DNA of 64,000 bases from contig CBDAUI010000002.1 in NCBI GenBank assembly GCA_965200205.1, forward strand, positions 520,520 to 584,519, read 5' to 3'. The position numbers and the translations under genes are program-made. Under the pieces are notes generated by a model. It saw only the letters and a program-made list of their open reading frames with translations. It was not told the DNA's origin and searched no databases. Source of the stretch: Candidatus Poribacteria bacterium. GTDB lineage: Bacteria > Poribacteria > WGA-4E > WGA-3G. Of this stretch, positions 10,315 to 19,915 are shown in pieces (the first letter of the stretch is position 1; each line of letters begins with the position of its first letter).

Positions 10315-11283
10315 TTAATACCGAATGCCGAAAGTCTTATATTCCCCGGTGAAAGGGCGCTCTTCAACGTTAAGAAAATCTACTCTCGCAAAGCGCGGTC
10401 CCTTCTTCAAAAAAGCCACTAACGCATCCAACTGCGATTTGTCACCCTCAGCGACGACTTCGACCTGCCCATTTGGTAGATTCTTAGCATATCCATTAAT
10501 GCCAAGCTGCTTAGCATTCATCTGTGTGAAATTGCGGAATCCTACACCTTGTACTTTTCCACTAATTAGCACAAACAGTTGCATTTTTCGGTTAACCTCA
10601 ATTGTAAGTGTGACAGGTGTCCCAAGTTTTGGCATCAAGGCATCGTTCTTTTTATAGATGTTTTCCTGCTCTGATTCAGGAAGCGGGTTTTGAAAAAGAG
10701 CACTTGCATCAAATCGCCGCAAAGCGACAAGGTCATTACTCATAAATGCCTGTGGCATCATGGCATCTTCATCATCGCTGTCCAAATCTGCTACGATCCT
10801 TGAGCCGGAATAGATCCAAGCGACGTGCGACATGTTTTTTTTGGTTTTTACATTGAAAACGAGTTCTTCGGCACGAACTTTTTTTGTTTCGTCGCCGTCT
10901 TTCCATTCAGCATAAATAAGGAACTCTGTCCCTGTGGGTGGGGTCGGTTCATCTTTCTCTTCGTCGTAACCCGGAGGTGTTCCAGTCTTAACACCGAGTT
11001 TATCAAGCGCGTCGTAAATTTCTTTTGCGGTCGCCTCGACGACGATAATACTCTCGTATTCTTTCCCATTGCGTCCACAAACAAGGTACTCAACGGCACC
11101 CTTTAGGTGTTCATCGTATTCACCGAGCGCTTCAGATATTTTACCCTTTAGGACGAGTTTTTGCGCCTTCTCTTCGACTTGAAGGTGTCCGTCTGCCCAT
11201 CCAATATTTGACAATGCTATGAGAAACACACCGATACAGATTATCATTCCTATTTGCCAAACGTTGATTTTTACTTTTTTCAT
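10315..11283 (-). CDS. Signal-peptide YdjY-like domain fused to a C-terminal acylphosphatase
   Basis: C-terminal ISGKVQGVGFR...GYAKNLPNGQVEV is acylphosphatase. N-terminal EYLVC...GKEYES...YSGS resembles the YdjY-type domain. Confidence 0.75.
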   Translation of the reverse strand: MKKVKINVWQIGMIICIGVFLIALSNIGWADGHLQVEEKAQKLVLKGKISEALGEYDEHLKGAVEYLVCGRNGKEYESIIVVEATAKEIYDALDKLGVKTGTPPGYDEEKDEPTPPTGTEFLIYAEWKDGDETKKVRAEELVFNVKTKKNMSHVAWIYSGSRIVADLDSDDEDAMMPQAFMSNDLVALRRFDASALFQNPLPESEQENIYKKNDALMPKLGTPVTLTIEVNRKMQLFVLISGKVQGVGFRNFTQMNAKQLGINGYAKNLPNGQVEVVAEGDKSQLDALVAFLKKGPRFARVDFLNVEERPFTGEYKTFGIRY

Positions 11284-11374
11284 CAGATAACTCCTTTTTT
11301 GTATTTATGATATTTGTGGAATGGGCAGAATTCGCAACTGCCACAAGCGTCTCTTAACTGATAGCCTATAACTC

Positions 11375-12235
11375 TTAAAAAGTATACCGCAATCCGTTAA
11401 ATATTTCCACATCATGTTTGCGTATGCCAGTTGGCGGTTCGTTATCGTATCGGAAATTCACCCGTAGCGGAAACGCTAACTTCGTTGTCAACTGGAATGT
11501 GAGGCTGCCTTCAAAAAGGATACGGTAATCTTGGAAACGTCGTAGATGAACCTGATAGTAGCCGGTCGCGCTGGTTGTGATGTGTTCCGCCAACCGACCT
11601 GTCCAGTTGATGTAGTTCGTCGAGCGAATGATATGGCTGGTCATCACGCCTTCCGTTTTGTCATTGATACGTTCATGTTCCCACATCGCACCGATACCGA
11701 GATAGATATTAAATTTTGGACTTGACGGATATAAATCGAAGCGAATCCCACCGCCTGCTAAATTCCGGTCGCTTAGACGGATAGATTCATTGAACTGTTT
11801 TTGCGTGAAGGATTCGAGCAGAAGGTGTGAGGTTAAACGTCTGATGATACGCGCATGCGCCATGCCTTTGTTGATAAAGAATGCACCACTCCTTCGACCG
11901 TATTGGAGGCTTCCGAAAACGAAACCGTGATACCTTGTTGAGAGATAGTCAGATCGGAAGCGTCCGCGTGTTGTCAGCAGGTCTGTGTTGCCCGTGCGGT
12001 ACGTTAAATCTAAGGCGATACTGTTATACCAGCCGGGATCTAATTGCATCTGTTTCAGCGTCTCACCGGTGAAGATATTCACCTGTGCCGCGAGCGGAAG
12101 ACAAAAGCCAAAAAGTAGGGCCAGGCAAATCACCGCAATTTGTCCGTATCTGTACCGATCTGGATGGCTTGCTGGAAAAGGTATTGAACAAAATTGTTTT
12201 GTGATGGTAAAATCCCCAAAAGAGAGATAAAACAT
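11375..12235 (-). CDS. DUF481-like outer-membrane beta-barrel protein
   Basis: Start moved to ATG 12235 to avoid overlap with the divergent gene. Signal peptide, GNT motif, YDNEPP, C-terminal GLRYTF. Confidence 0.7.
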   Translation of the reverse strand: MFYLSFGDFTITKQFCSIPFPASHPDRYRYGQIAVICLALLFGFCLPLAAQVNIFTGETLKQMQLDPGWYNSIALDLTYRTGNTDLLTTRGRFRSDYLSTRYHGFVFGSLQYGRRSGAFFINKGMAHARIIRRLTSHLLLESFTQKQFNESIRLSDRNLAGGGIRFDLYPSSPKFNIYLGIGAMWEHERINDKTEGVMTSHIIRSTNYINWTGRLAEHITTSATGYYQVHLRRFQDYRILFEGSLTFQLTTKLAFPLRVNFRYDNEPPTGIRKHDVEIFNGLRYTF

Positions 12236-12263
12236 AACAACCCATCCGATAGAAAGGCTAACA

Positions 12264-13226
12264 ATGCAAAGAATCCTGATAGACACTGATCCGGGTGTAG
12301 ATGACGCTTTTGCTATATTCCTCGCAATGCGGTCGCCTGAATTACAGATAGAGGCGATAACGACCGTCTGTGGGAATGTCCGGGTCGCGCAGGCAACACA
12401 AAACCTACTCACAATTCTTGGCGTGCTGGATTTGGCCGAATGTCCCACGCTCGCGCAAGGCGAGGCGGAACCGCTTGTCAAACCGCTCGTAACGGCAGTG
12501 CACGTCCACGGTGAAGATGGATTGGGGAATACCAGCCAACTACGTTCTGCTGACGGTCAGCTGCTATACACACCCGCGAATATAGAGATGTCGTCCCTCT
12601 CAGGCGTTGATCTCATTCTTGAGATGGCAGCGCGTTATCCAGATGAACTCATAATTGTAACCCTCGGTCCATTGACGAATATCGCAAAGGCGATCCGCAA
12701 GGATGCCTCAAAAATGCGACGACTTCAGAAGATCGTCGTGATGGGTGGCGTGTTTGAAGAATACGGTAACGTCACAACAACTGCAGAATTCAACATCTTC
12801 GTCGATCCACATGCAGCACAAGAAGTTTTCGATTTCGGTGTGCCGATCCATATTGCACCGCTCGATGCAACCCATCAAGTTATCCTAACAGGCGAGCGGT
12901 TACATGCCGAAATTGGTAAACGAGAGGATAATATCTCCAGTTTTCTCATGGACGCAACAAAATTATGCATGGAATTCTATCGTCAATACGTCGGTTTTTG
13001 GGGGTTCCATATCCACGACGCACTCCCGATCGGTGTGCTGACACATCCTGAACACTTTCAGAGTGTTGACGCTTACGTACAGGTCGAAACCGTCGGCACT
13101 TTGACAAATGGCATGACTGTTGCCGATCTACGTCCTGAACGTCGTCCTCCGAACCTGAACGCACAGGTATGTATAAAAGTAGCCGCTGAAGCGTTTTTGG
13201 ATCATTTTTTTCACCGACTCCACTGA
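12264..13226 (+). CDS. Inosine/uridine-preferring nucleoside hydrolase
   Basis: DTDPGVDDA, HGEDGLG, GPLTN, AEFNIFVDP, HD motifs. Confidence 0.95.
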   Translation: MQRILIDTDPGVDDAFAIFLAMRSPELQIEAITTVCGNVRVAQATQNLLTILGVLDLAECPTLAQGEAEPLVKPLVTAVHVHGEDGLGNTSQLRSADGQLLYTPANIEMSSLSGVDLILEMAARYPDELIIVTLGPLTNIAKAIRKDASKMRRLQKIVVMGGVFEEYGNVTTTAEFNIFVDPHAAQEVFDFGVPIHIAPLDATHQVILTGERLHAEIGKREDNISSFLMDATKLCMEFYRQYVGFWGFHIHDALPIGVLTHPEHFQSVDAYVQVETVGTLTNGMTVADLRPERRPPNLNAQVCIKVAAEAFLDHFFHRLH

Positions 13227-13228
13227 AC

Positions 13229-14506
13229 TCACGCCTCAATGGGTGCTCTCGGAAATTTGTAGTTCGACGCGAAGGTGTTGTTTTCAAATACGACGTTTCG
13301 ATTCGCCTGACCGCGGATGGACACTGCTTTCCCGTCGGTATAGAAACGATTGTTACAGAAGCGGATGTTACGAACTCCATCACTTGAACAGTCAACAGCA
13401 GCAGGATTTCCATCTGCGGATTGTGTCATATAGACCGTATTTCCATAAAACGTTGTCCCTGTGATACCGTCGCTCGCGCCGGTAGACCAGAGATGGATGC
13501 CGCCATACCTATTTCGTCTACCGTCATTCACGCTCAGATTATTACGGATGACATTGCCGTAAAACGGGCGCGCACCCTCGAATTGTGCCAATAGGTATCC
13601 AGCACCATCATTATTGTGGGAATAGTTGTACTGAACAACTGAATTCGTTACACCGCCGTCCAGATCGAACCCGCCGCCGTCTTTACTGCTCCCTGTGCAA
13701 TTGTGGTGTGACTCGTTGAACTGGATCACAACACGGTTAGAGTCCCACGTCCATATCCCGACGGGACCGCCGCCTTCGTAATCGTTCAATTTGCCGTTTT
13801 CATAAGCACGACAATGCGCAATTAGTGCGCCATCTACTTGTGCAAGGACAATACCGTTCCCTGAATGACTGCCCTTACCAGCGATACCGGCGTTCCTATA
13901 AGCACTACAGTTGCCGATGTAGAAATCGGCGTGTGCGTAACCGTTTCGTTCTGGATTCCAAGCTCCTATACAACGGATACCGGCATCACCGTTGCCGTGG
14001 CTTGTCGTGTTCGTAATCCTGACATGACGAAACCCGCTCCAACTGTTATCAATCGGTTGTGCTGTGAAATTGACGCCGGCATCCTTGAATCCGCTGACAT
14101 CCACCCGATGAATCCGAATATCTGATAACTTGGTATCTCCGGGTAAGGTATTAATGAACGAGATACCGGAACCGGTATTCTTTGATGCGCCAGCACCGAC
14201 AAAATTGAGATTAACGAGATGAACGCCACCCCTGTTTTTTCCTATGAAACCGGTGCCAGAACCCGCGTCAATCGTCGCTTTACCCGATCCATAAGACCCA
14301 ATTTTTACAACACGTGCTTCGTCTGTCTGATTCTGTTTAACCTTCGCCAAGCAGAGATTTCCGACGAAGGTATGATCGGCTTTAAACCAGACCGAATCAC
14401 CCGGTAGCAGCTGCGTCTTGTTCACCTGTTCGATGCTTCGCCAAGGCTGTTTTTCAGATAAACCGCTGTTTGAATCGTCACCGAGTAGACTGACATAATA
14501 ATTCAT
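13229..14506 (-). CDS. Right-handed parallel beta-helix protein (pectate-lyase-like fold)
   Basis: YYVS..GDDSNSG....PW start, Gly/Asn-rich repeats, DGGGFDLDGG, YNYSHNNDGAG. Confidence 0.8.
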   Translation of the reverse strand: MNYYVSLLGDDSNSGLSEKQPWRSIEQVNKTQLLPGDSVWFKADHTFVGNLCLAKVKQNQTDEARVVKIGSYGSGKATIDAGSGTGFIGKNRGGVHLVNLNFVGAGASKNTGSGISFINTLPGDTKLSDIRIHRVDVSGFKDAGVNFTAQPIDNSWSGFRHVRITNTTSHGNGDAGIRCIGAWNPERNGYAHADFYIGNCSAYRNAGIAGKGSHSGNGIVLAQVDGALIAHCRAYENGKLNDYEGGGPVGIWTWDSNRVVIQFNESHHNCTGSSKDGGGFDLDGGVTNSVVQYNYSHNNDGAGYLLAQFEGARPFYGNVIRNNLSVNDGRRNRYGGIHLWSTGASDGITGTTFYGNTVYMTQSADGNPAAVDCSSDGVRNIRFCNNRFYTDGKAVSIRGQANRNVVFENNTFASNYKFPRAPIEA

Positions 14507-14516
14507 GTAACCTCTG

Positions 14517-14545
14517 TGCAGGCGAGGTTTGAAACCTCGCCTGCA
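14517..14545. repeat. REP-like palindrome, TGCAGGCG family
   Basis: tgcaggcgaggttt-g-aaacctcgcctgca. Relatives at 16905-16933, 30105-30129 and 59959-59988 (opposite strand). Confidence 0.85.
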
Positions 14546-14561
14546 GTGCTGATCAGATCGA

Positions 14562-15083
14562 TTAAAATATATCTATCCCACCGAGCGGGTGATTCGGGAT
14601 ATAGCGGAGGTCATTGTAAGGATCGCGCTGAAGCATCATCGGTACCTCTAACTTCGGTAGCTTCAGTTCTACCAATTTAACGCGTTGATCGGGGGTCAGT
14701 TCTGCTGCGACCTCCTCAATGATGTCCTTAATTTCGTTGAGGAAGATCTCGCGTTGTCTGAGAAATTTTCGTGCCTCCTCACGAAATACATAGAGTTCGC
14801 GCCGCGATCGCGTGTCCCTAAACCTGTCTTCGTATCGACTGTAAGCACGTTGTGTGATGCCTGCCCGGTACACTTGATAGTCTGCCTCTAACTGTTTTTT
14901 CTCGAAATCGTAATCCTCTACAATATCGCGGATAAGTTTCAACTTCGGGTGAATCGTCTGCTGCTGTGCAGGCGTGAGCTGCAATGCCTCGGAACTTTTG
15001 GAAACATCAATCAGCTTGAGTCCACCGCAAGCCTGTAGGAAGCCACAGAGGGTTAGAATGAGTAGCGTCCGCATGTTTCCCAT
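14562..15083 (-). CDS. Hypothetical lipoprotein (helical, Spy/CpxP-like LTPxQ motifs)
   Basis: Lipobox-like LQAC, LTPAQ and LTPDQ motifs, RBS AGGAG. Confidence 0.65.
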   Translation of the reverse strand: MGNMRTLLILTLCGFLQACGGLKLIDVSKSSEALQLTPAQQQTIHPKLKLIRDIVEDYDFEKKQLEADYQVYRAGITQRAYSRYEDRFRDTRSRRELYVFREEARKFLRQREIFLNEIKDIIEEVAAELTPDQRVKLVELKLPKLEVPMMLQRDPYNDLRYIPNHPLGGIDIF

Positions 15084-15113
15084 GATAAGTCTCCTTGTCG
15101 GTTTACTAATTGG

Positions 15114-16625
15114 TTAACCTGTTAGGTCGTATAATTCACCGTACTTTGTGCGTAGGTATGTCATGTATGGCTGAATAGACAACGGGGTACCGGTTGCGCG
15201 TTCAACAATTTCGGGTGCCGTATATTTCGACCCGTGCTGATAAAGGTTTTCCCTTAACCAATTGTGGAGTGTTTGGAATTCACCGTTTTCGATTTCGGAG
15301 GGAACTTCGGGGTGCGCATCGGTGGCAGCTGCGAAGAATTGCGCGCCTAAGATGTTGCCTAAGGTGTATCCTTGAAACGAGCCGCCAATCAACCCAAAAT
15401 ACCAGTGTACATCTTGTAGGACACCGTCTTTGTCGTCAGGTGGCACGATCCCGAAATCGGCTTCAAACCTCTCACGCCACGCATTCGGAAGGTCTTTAAT
15501 CTCTAATTCGCCTTCTAAGAGTGCGAGTTCAAAGTCGAAACGCAACATAACGTGTAGGTTGTATGTCACCTCATCAGCGTTTGTACGGATGAGGGAACGT
15601 TCAACTTTATTTATCGCTCGGTAAAATGTGTCTATCGGGACATCGCCGAGTTGTTCGGGGAATACACTTTGGAGCTGTGGATAATAGTGATTCCAAAACC
15701 TTCGACTTCTACCGACAATATTTTCCCAGAGTCTTGATTGACTTTCGTGGACACCGGAGGACGTGCCGCGAGCGAGAGGTGTGCCTTCAAACTCCATGCG
15801 GATGCCTTGTTCATAGAGTGCGTGTCCGGTCTCGTGTAGTGTGCTGAACAATGCATCGCCGAGGAAATTTTCTTTTGTCCGAGTTGTGATCCGGACATCA
15901 CCGAGTGAGAATTTCGTCATAAACGGGTGGTGTGTCTTATCCTGTCGTCCCCGGTTCAGATCGTATCCGAATTGCTGAGAGACTTCTAAACCGAACGCGA
16001 GTTGTTTCTCCTCTGGAAAGTATTGGTGCAAACATGAGTCGTCGGCTGGTTCCTGTGATGTGATAGCGGAAACGAGCGGCACAAGTTCTGCGCGAAGTTC
16101 AGCGAAGACGCGTTTAACGTCGGCTGCTTTCATCCCGTAATCCCTCGGTTCAATAAGCGGATCCGCGATATGGTCATATCCCGGAAAGAAGTTCGCGGAC
16201 TGTCGGCTATATTCCAATGTTTTTTCTAAATACGGACGGACCCGTTCAAAGTCGTTGGCGGGACGTGCCTCAGTCCACACCTGATACGATTCGGAAGTGT
16301 GGTTGGTGACTTCTGCGGTGAATTCTGCGGGTACTTTAATAGCACGTTCATATCTCCGCCGTGTGAGACGAAGCAGGCTGGCTTCATCGGAGTCGTAGGG
16401 GAGGCTCTTTTGGTAGGGTTCGAGCGCATCGAGCAATTTGCCGATGGCGGGATCTGTAAATTTCTCGTGTGACAATCGTCCGAGCGTCGCCATTTGGCGC
16501 GCCCGGGCAGCGGCACCGCCGGGGGGCATGTAAGTGGACTGATCCCAGTGAAGCAGTCCAGCGGCGGACCATATATCATTCACTTCAAGCAGACGGGTTT
16601 TGAGTTCTTGAAACTTGGTTTCCAC
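15114..16625 (-). CDS. Carboxypeptidase, family M32 (Taq-like)
   Basis: HPF, DVRITTR, HETGH, HESQS, IRTNADE, LQDVHW motifs. GTG start chosen after the GAGGAG RBS. Confidence 0.95.
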   Translation of the reverse strand: METKFQELKTRLLEVNDIWSAAGLLHWDQSTYMPPGGAAARARQMATLGRLSHEKFTDPAIGKLLDALEPYQKSLPYDSDEASLLRLTRRRYERAIKVPAEFTAEVTNHTSESYQVWTEARPANDFERVRPYLEKTLEYSRQSANFFPGYDHIADPLIEPRDYGMKAADVKRVFAELRAELVPLVSAITSQEPADDSCLHQYFPEEKQLAFGLEVSQQFGYDLNRGRQDKTHHPFMTKFSLGDVRITTRTKENFLGDALFSTLHETGHALYEQGIRMEFEGTPLARGTSSGVHESQSRLWENIVGRSRRFWNHYYPQLQSVFPEQLGDVPIDTFYRAINKVERSLIRTNADEVTYNLHVMLRFDFELALLEGELEIKDLPNAWRERFEADFGIVPPDDKDGVLQDVHWYFGLIGGSFQGYTLGNILGAQFFAAATDAHPEVPSEIENGEFQTLHNWLRENLYQHGSKYTAPEIVERATGTPLSIQPYMTYLRTKYGELYDLTG

Positions 16626-16674
16626 AATCTTACTCCTCATGGTTAACGGAATGTTCACTCGTGTTGCAGTTGTT

Positions 16675-16796
16675 TAGGACTTACGCAAACTGAGCAAATA
16701 TCGGACAATTGGACGCAAACAAACGGTATTTTCCATATTTAAAACCCCCTAAATCCCCCTTATCAGGGGACTTTAAGAAGTCGTGCGTAAAATCTA
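16675..16796. mobile_element. MITE-like element with TAGGACTTACGCA-type inverted ends (copy A)
   Basis: taggacttacgca ... tgcgtaaaatcta, with internal hairpin tccccct-tatc-agggga. Confidence 0.55.
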
Positions 16797-16885
16797 TTTT
16801 TGTATGCTTACCATACGATATTGGTCCTTTCTAATTTATTACATTTGGGCTTAAAAATCAAATCAATTTTGGCATTGCACCAGCT

Positions 16886-16974
16886 TAGGGCTTACGCAAC
16901 CCCTTGCAGGCGGGGTTTCAAACCCCGCCTGCAGTGCATATTGTTAGAATTTGATAAAAAATGCGTAAGTTCTA
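16886..16974. mobile_element. MITE-like element (copy B) carrying a TGCAGGCG hairpin
   Basis: tagggcttacgca ... tgcgtaagttcta flank the palindrome at 16905-16933. Confidence 0.6.
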
Positions 16975-17041
16975 CTTATATGAAGATGGTACTTTCTAAC
17001 ATCATATACTGCCTAAGCGTAAGTTAGAAAAAAAATCGAAT

Positions 17042-17075
17042 TTGTCTTATTTTCGTAACAATTGCGTGTTATAAT
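17042..17075 (+). promoter_or_regulatory. Putative Pho box plus -10 element of the pst operon
   Basis: TTGTCTT-ATTT-TCGTAAC (7-4-7 arrangement like the PhoB box), then 10 nt, then a perfect TATAAT at 17070-17075, upstream of pstS. Confidence 0.5.
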
Positions 17076-17107
17076 TTAGGGCATAATCCGGCAAACAGGG
17101 TAGATTA

Positions 17108-18022
17108 ATGAAAAAAATCGCTATTCTATGTTTTTTAGAAGTTTTGGTATGCGTCTGTGTTATTATAGGTTGCTCGCCGACAGACAGTAATAACAGCACT
17201 AACGTTCCGAACAAAGACAGGGTACACGTCACCATAAAAAATAAAGGGTCTGATACGATAGTGAATTTGGCACAGGCGTGGGCAGAAAAGTACACCGATG
17301 TTAGCAGTACTGTATCGGTCGAAGTATCAGGGGGTGGTTCGGGGACAGGCGTTGCTGCGCTTATCAACGGCACCGTAGATATTGCGAACTGTAGCCGTCA
17401 AATCAAACCGAAAGAGTTAGAACAAGCGACACAGAACACCGGTAAAGCACCGCAAGAGTTTATTGTCGGATATGATGCGCTTGCGGTTTACGTTCATCCC
17501 GCTACACCGATAGATAAAATCACGATCCCGCAACTCGCGGAGATTTATGGCGAGGACGGCACAATAACGCAGTGGAGCCACCTCGGCATCGAAAATAGTG
17601 CGTGTCCGAGCGATAGAATTATCCGTATCAGTCGGCAATCTAATTCCGGTACTTACTTCTATTTTCGCGAAGCGCTGCTCGGCAAAACGCGCGACTTTGA
17701 ACTCGGTTCTTTGGATTTACACGGTTCTAAAGACGTGGTAGAAGTTATTGAGCGAACCCCGTGTGCTATCGGTTATAGTGGTATGGGATATGCGACTTCA
17801 CATGTGAAAATGTTAGAAGTGGCAACCGCACCCGGCGAACCGTATTACGCGCCGAATCTCGAGAATGTTCTCGCCAAAACCTATCCCATCGCGCGTCCGT
17901 TGTATATGTATTCCCTCGGTGAACCGACTGGCAAAATCAAAGCGTACCTCGACTGGATTCTGTCCGCAGAAGGTCAAAAAATTGTTGAGCAACTCGGTTT
18001 CGTCCCGTTAGAAAGCAACTAA
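17108..18022 (+). CDS. pstS: Phosphate ABC transporter substrate-binding lipoprotein
   Basis: IIGC lipobox, KGSDT, GGGSGTG, SR..NSGT, YPIARPLY. Confidence 0.95.
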   Translation: MKKIAILCFLEVLVCVCVIIGCSPTDSNNSTNVPNKDRVHVTIKNKGSDTIVNLAQAWAEKYTDVSSTVSVEVSGGGSGTGVAALINGTVDIANCSRQIKPKELEQATQNTGKAPQEFIVGYDALAVYVHPATPIDKITIPQLAEIYGEDGTITQWSHLGIENSACPSDRIIRISRQSNSGTYFYFREALLGKTRDFELGSLDLHGSKDVVEVIERTPCAIGYSGMGYATSHVKMLEVATAPGEPYYAPNLENVLAKTYPIARPLYMYSLGEPTGKIKAYLDWILSAEGQKIVEQLGFVPLESN

Positions 18023-18026
18023 AAGT

Positions 18027-18932
18027 ATGAATATCCTACGAAAAAAAAGTACTGCGAATCTGCCGTTTTCCGAAACCGTAATAGAACTATTCATCCGCCT
18101 CTGCGGTTTTAGTTGTATCATCTTTGTCTTCGGTATCTTCTTTTTTGTGTTTCGGGAGGGGGCAGGTTTCCTTTTTAACGGCTTAGATATAGGACAGTTC
18201 CTGACAAGTCCTGAGTGGTATCCGACCTCGCTGAAAAATAAAAGATATGGCACCTTCGCCTTGATTTTGGGGACCTTTAGCGTAACTGCCTTAGCGATGT
18301 GTATTGCTGTTCCGTTTGGACTCGGCGCAGCGATCTTCGTTTCGGAGTTTTGCAGTCCGAAACTCAGAGAAACATTTAAAATCGTCATCGAACTGCTCGC
18401 CGCCATCCCCTCCGTTGTCTGGGGATTCATCGGCTTGACTCTGATGAATCAGTTGATCATTCAGGTGTTCAACGCCCCCATCGGTTTAACGATGCTTAAC
18501 GGCGGAATTATGTTAGCGTTGATGAGTGTGCCTATCATTGTATCTATTGCTGAGGATGCGCTGAAGGCTGTGCCTGATTCCTACCGTGAAGCGGCGGAGG
18601 CGCTCGGCGCAACTCGGTGGCAGGTGATCTACCGTGTCCTTCTACCCGCTGCAAAAAACGGACTCTTAGCGGCTGTGCTACTCGGTGCCGCACGTTCCAT
18701 CGGTGAAACGATGGCTGTCCTTATGGCGACAGGACACTCGGTTAACATTCCATCAGGACCGCTGTCTTGGATCCGCACATTGACAGCGACAATTGCTGCG
18801 GAATTGGGTGAAGTCGCAAGAGGCGACGAACACTATCAAGTACTCTTTGTCATCGGTATCTTACTCTTTACCATCACATTTGTAGTGAACCTCATCGCTG
18901 ATTTGGTCATCAAAGGGATCCGCCAAGAATAA
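18027..18932 (+). CDS. pstC: Phosphate ABC transporter permease
   Basis: ELLAAIPSVVWG, EAAEALGAT, GETMAVLM. Confidence 0.95.
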   Translation: MNILRKKSTANLPFSETVIELFIRLCGFSCIIFVFGIFFFVFREGAGFLFNGLDIGQFLTSPEWYPTSLKNKRYGTFALILGTFSVTALAMCIAVPFGLGAAIFVSEFCSPKLRETFKIVIELLAAIPSVVWGFIGLTLMNQLIIQVFNAPIGLTMLNGGIMLALMSVPIIVSIAEDALKAVPDSYREAAEALGATRWQVIYRVLLPAAKNGLLAAVLLGAARSIGETMAVLMATGHSVNIPSGPLSWIRTLTATIAAELGEVARGDEHYQVLFVIGILLFTITFVVNLIADLVIKGIRQE

Positions 18933-18952
18933 CAACAAGGAAAAATTAAAAA

Positions 18953-19837
18953 ATGTTTACGGAAACACCGATTGATCGACGAAAACGGTTAACAGAAAAC
19001 GTGATGCGGATTTTTCTCCTTGTTGTAACGAGTGTGATGATTATCCCGCTGCTCTTCATTATCGGCTATCTACTTTACAAAGCGATCCCTGTACTCTCAT
19101 TTGAGTTCTTGTTTTCAAATCCGAGAGACAACATGCGCGCGGGTGGCATTTGGGCACCATTTTTAGGTACAATTTATTTGGTAGTCGTCTCACTGTTAGT
19201 ATCTGCGCCGATAGGTGTTTTCGCGGCGGTATATCTCAACGAATATGCGCGTGAGAATTGGTTTACACGGATTACAAACTTGGCGGTGGTCAATCTTGCT
19301 GGTGTCCCGAGTATCGTCCACGCGTTGTTCGGTGTCGGCGCGTTTGTGCTTTTCGCTGGCTTAGGCGAATCGATTTTAGCGGCATCGCTTACATTGGCGA
19401 TCATGACGCTTCCGGTTATCATTGCCAGTACGACAGAGGCATTGAAGGCGGTACCGATGTCGTTCCGTGAGGCGTGTTGGAATCTCGGTGCCACGCGATG
19501 GCAGACGATCCGCCGGATCGTTATCCCGAACTCAATCAGCGGTATTTTGACGGGTGTGATTTTACAAGTGTCGCGCGCAGCAGGCGAAACAGCACCAATT
19601 ATGTTTACCGGCGCAGTTTTTTACAAAACTATTGCAGAAGGTAACCTTTTTGCCTATAATATAACAGAACAGTGTATGGCACTCTCTCTACACTTGTTTA
19701 CGATTTCGACACAGGTTCCAGATGTTACAGAGGGTACACCCCACGGGACCGCGGTAGTGCTTGTAGGCAGTGTGTTACTCGTCAACGCAGCAGCGATTGT
19801 ACTTCGGGTCTACCTCCGAACCCGGAAGAAGTGGTAG
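18953..19837 (+). CDS. pstA: Phosphate ABC transporter permease
   Basis: YLNEYA, NLAGVPSIV, RAAGETAP. Confidence 0.95.
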   Translation: MFTETPIDRRKRLTENVMRIFLLVVTSVMIIPLLFIIGYLLYKAIPVLSFEFLFSNPRDNMRAGGIWAPFLGTIYLVVVSLLVSAPIGVFAAVYLNEYARENWFTRITNLAVVNLAGVPSIVHALFGVGAFVLFAGLGESILAASLTLAIMTLPVIIASTTEALKAVPMSFREACWNLGATRWQTIRRIVIPNSISGILTGVILQVSRAAGETAPIMFTGAVFYKTIAEGNLFAYNITEQCMALSLHLFTISTQVPDVTEGTPHGTAVVLVGSVLLVNAAAIVLRVYLRTRKKW

Positions 19838-19915
19838 GAACAAAATTTTTGATCGCGACTCCCTATAGCGTTGACCTGATCCACCAATCGCTGCACGCTA
19901 TAGGAAGGAGCGTTC

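Noticed and set aside
12236-12481. N-terminal extension of the 368-aa ORF 11375-12481
   Set aside because: It overlaps the antisense strand of the nucleoside hydrolase. A downstream ATG gives a normal protein.
16675-16974. Possible CRISPR array from the recurring cttacgca/tgcgtaag motifs
   Set aside because: The repeats are inverted, only ~13 bp and irregularly spaced, and no cas genes are present.
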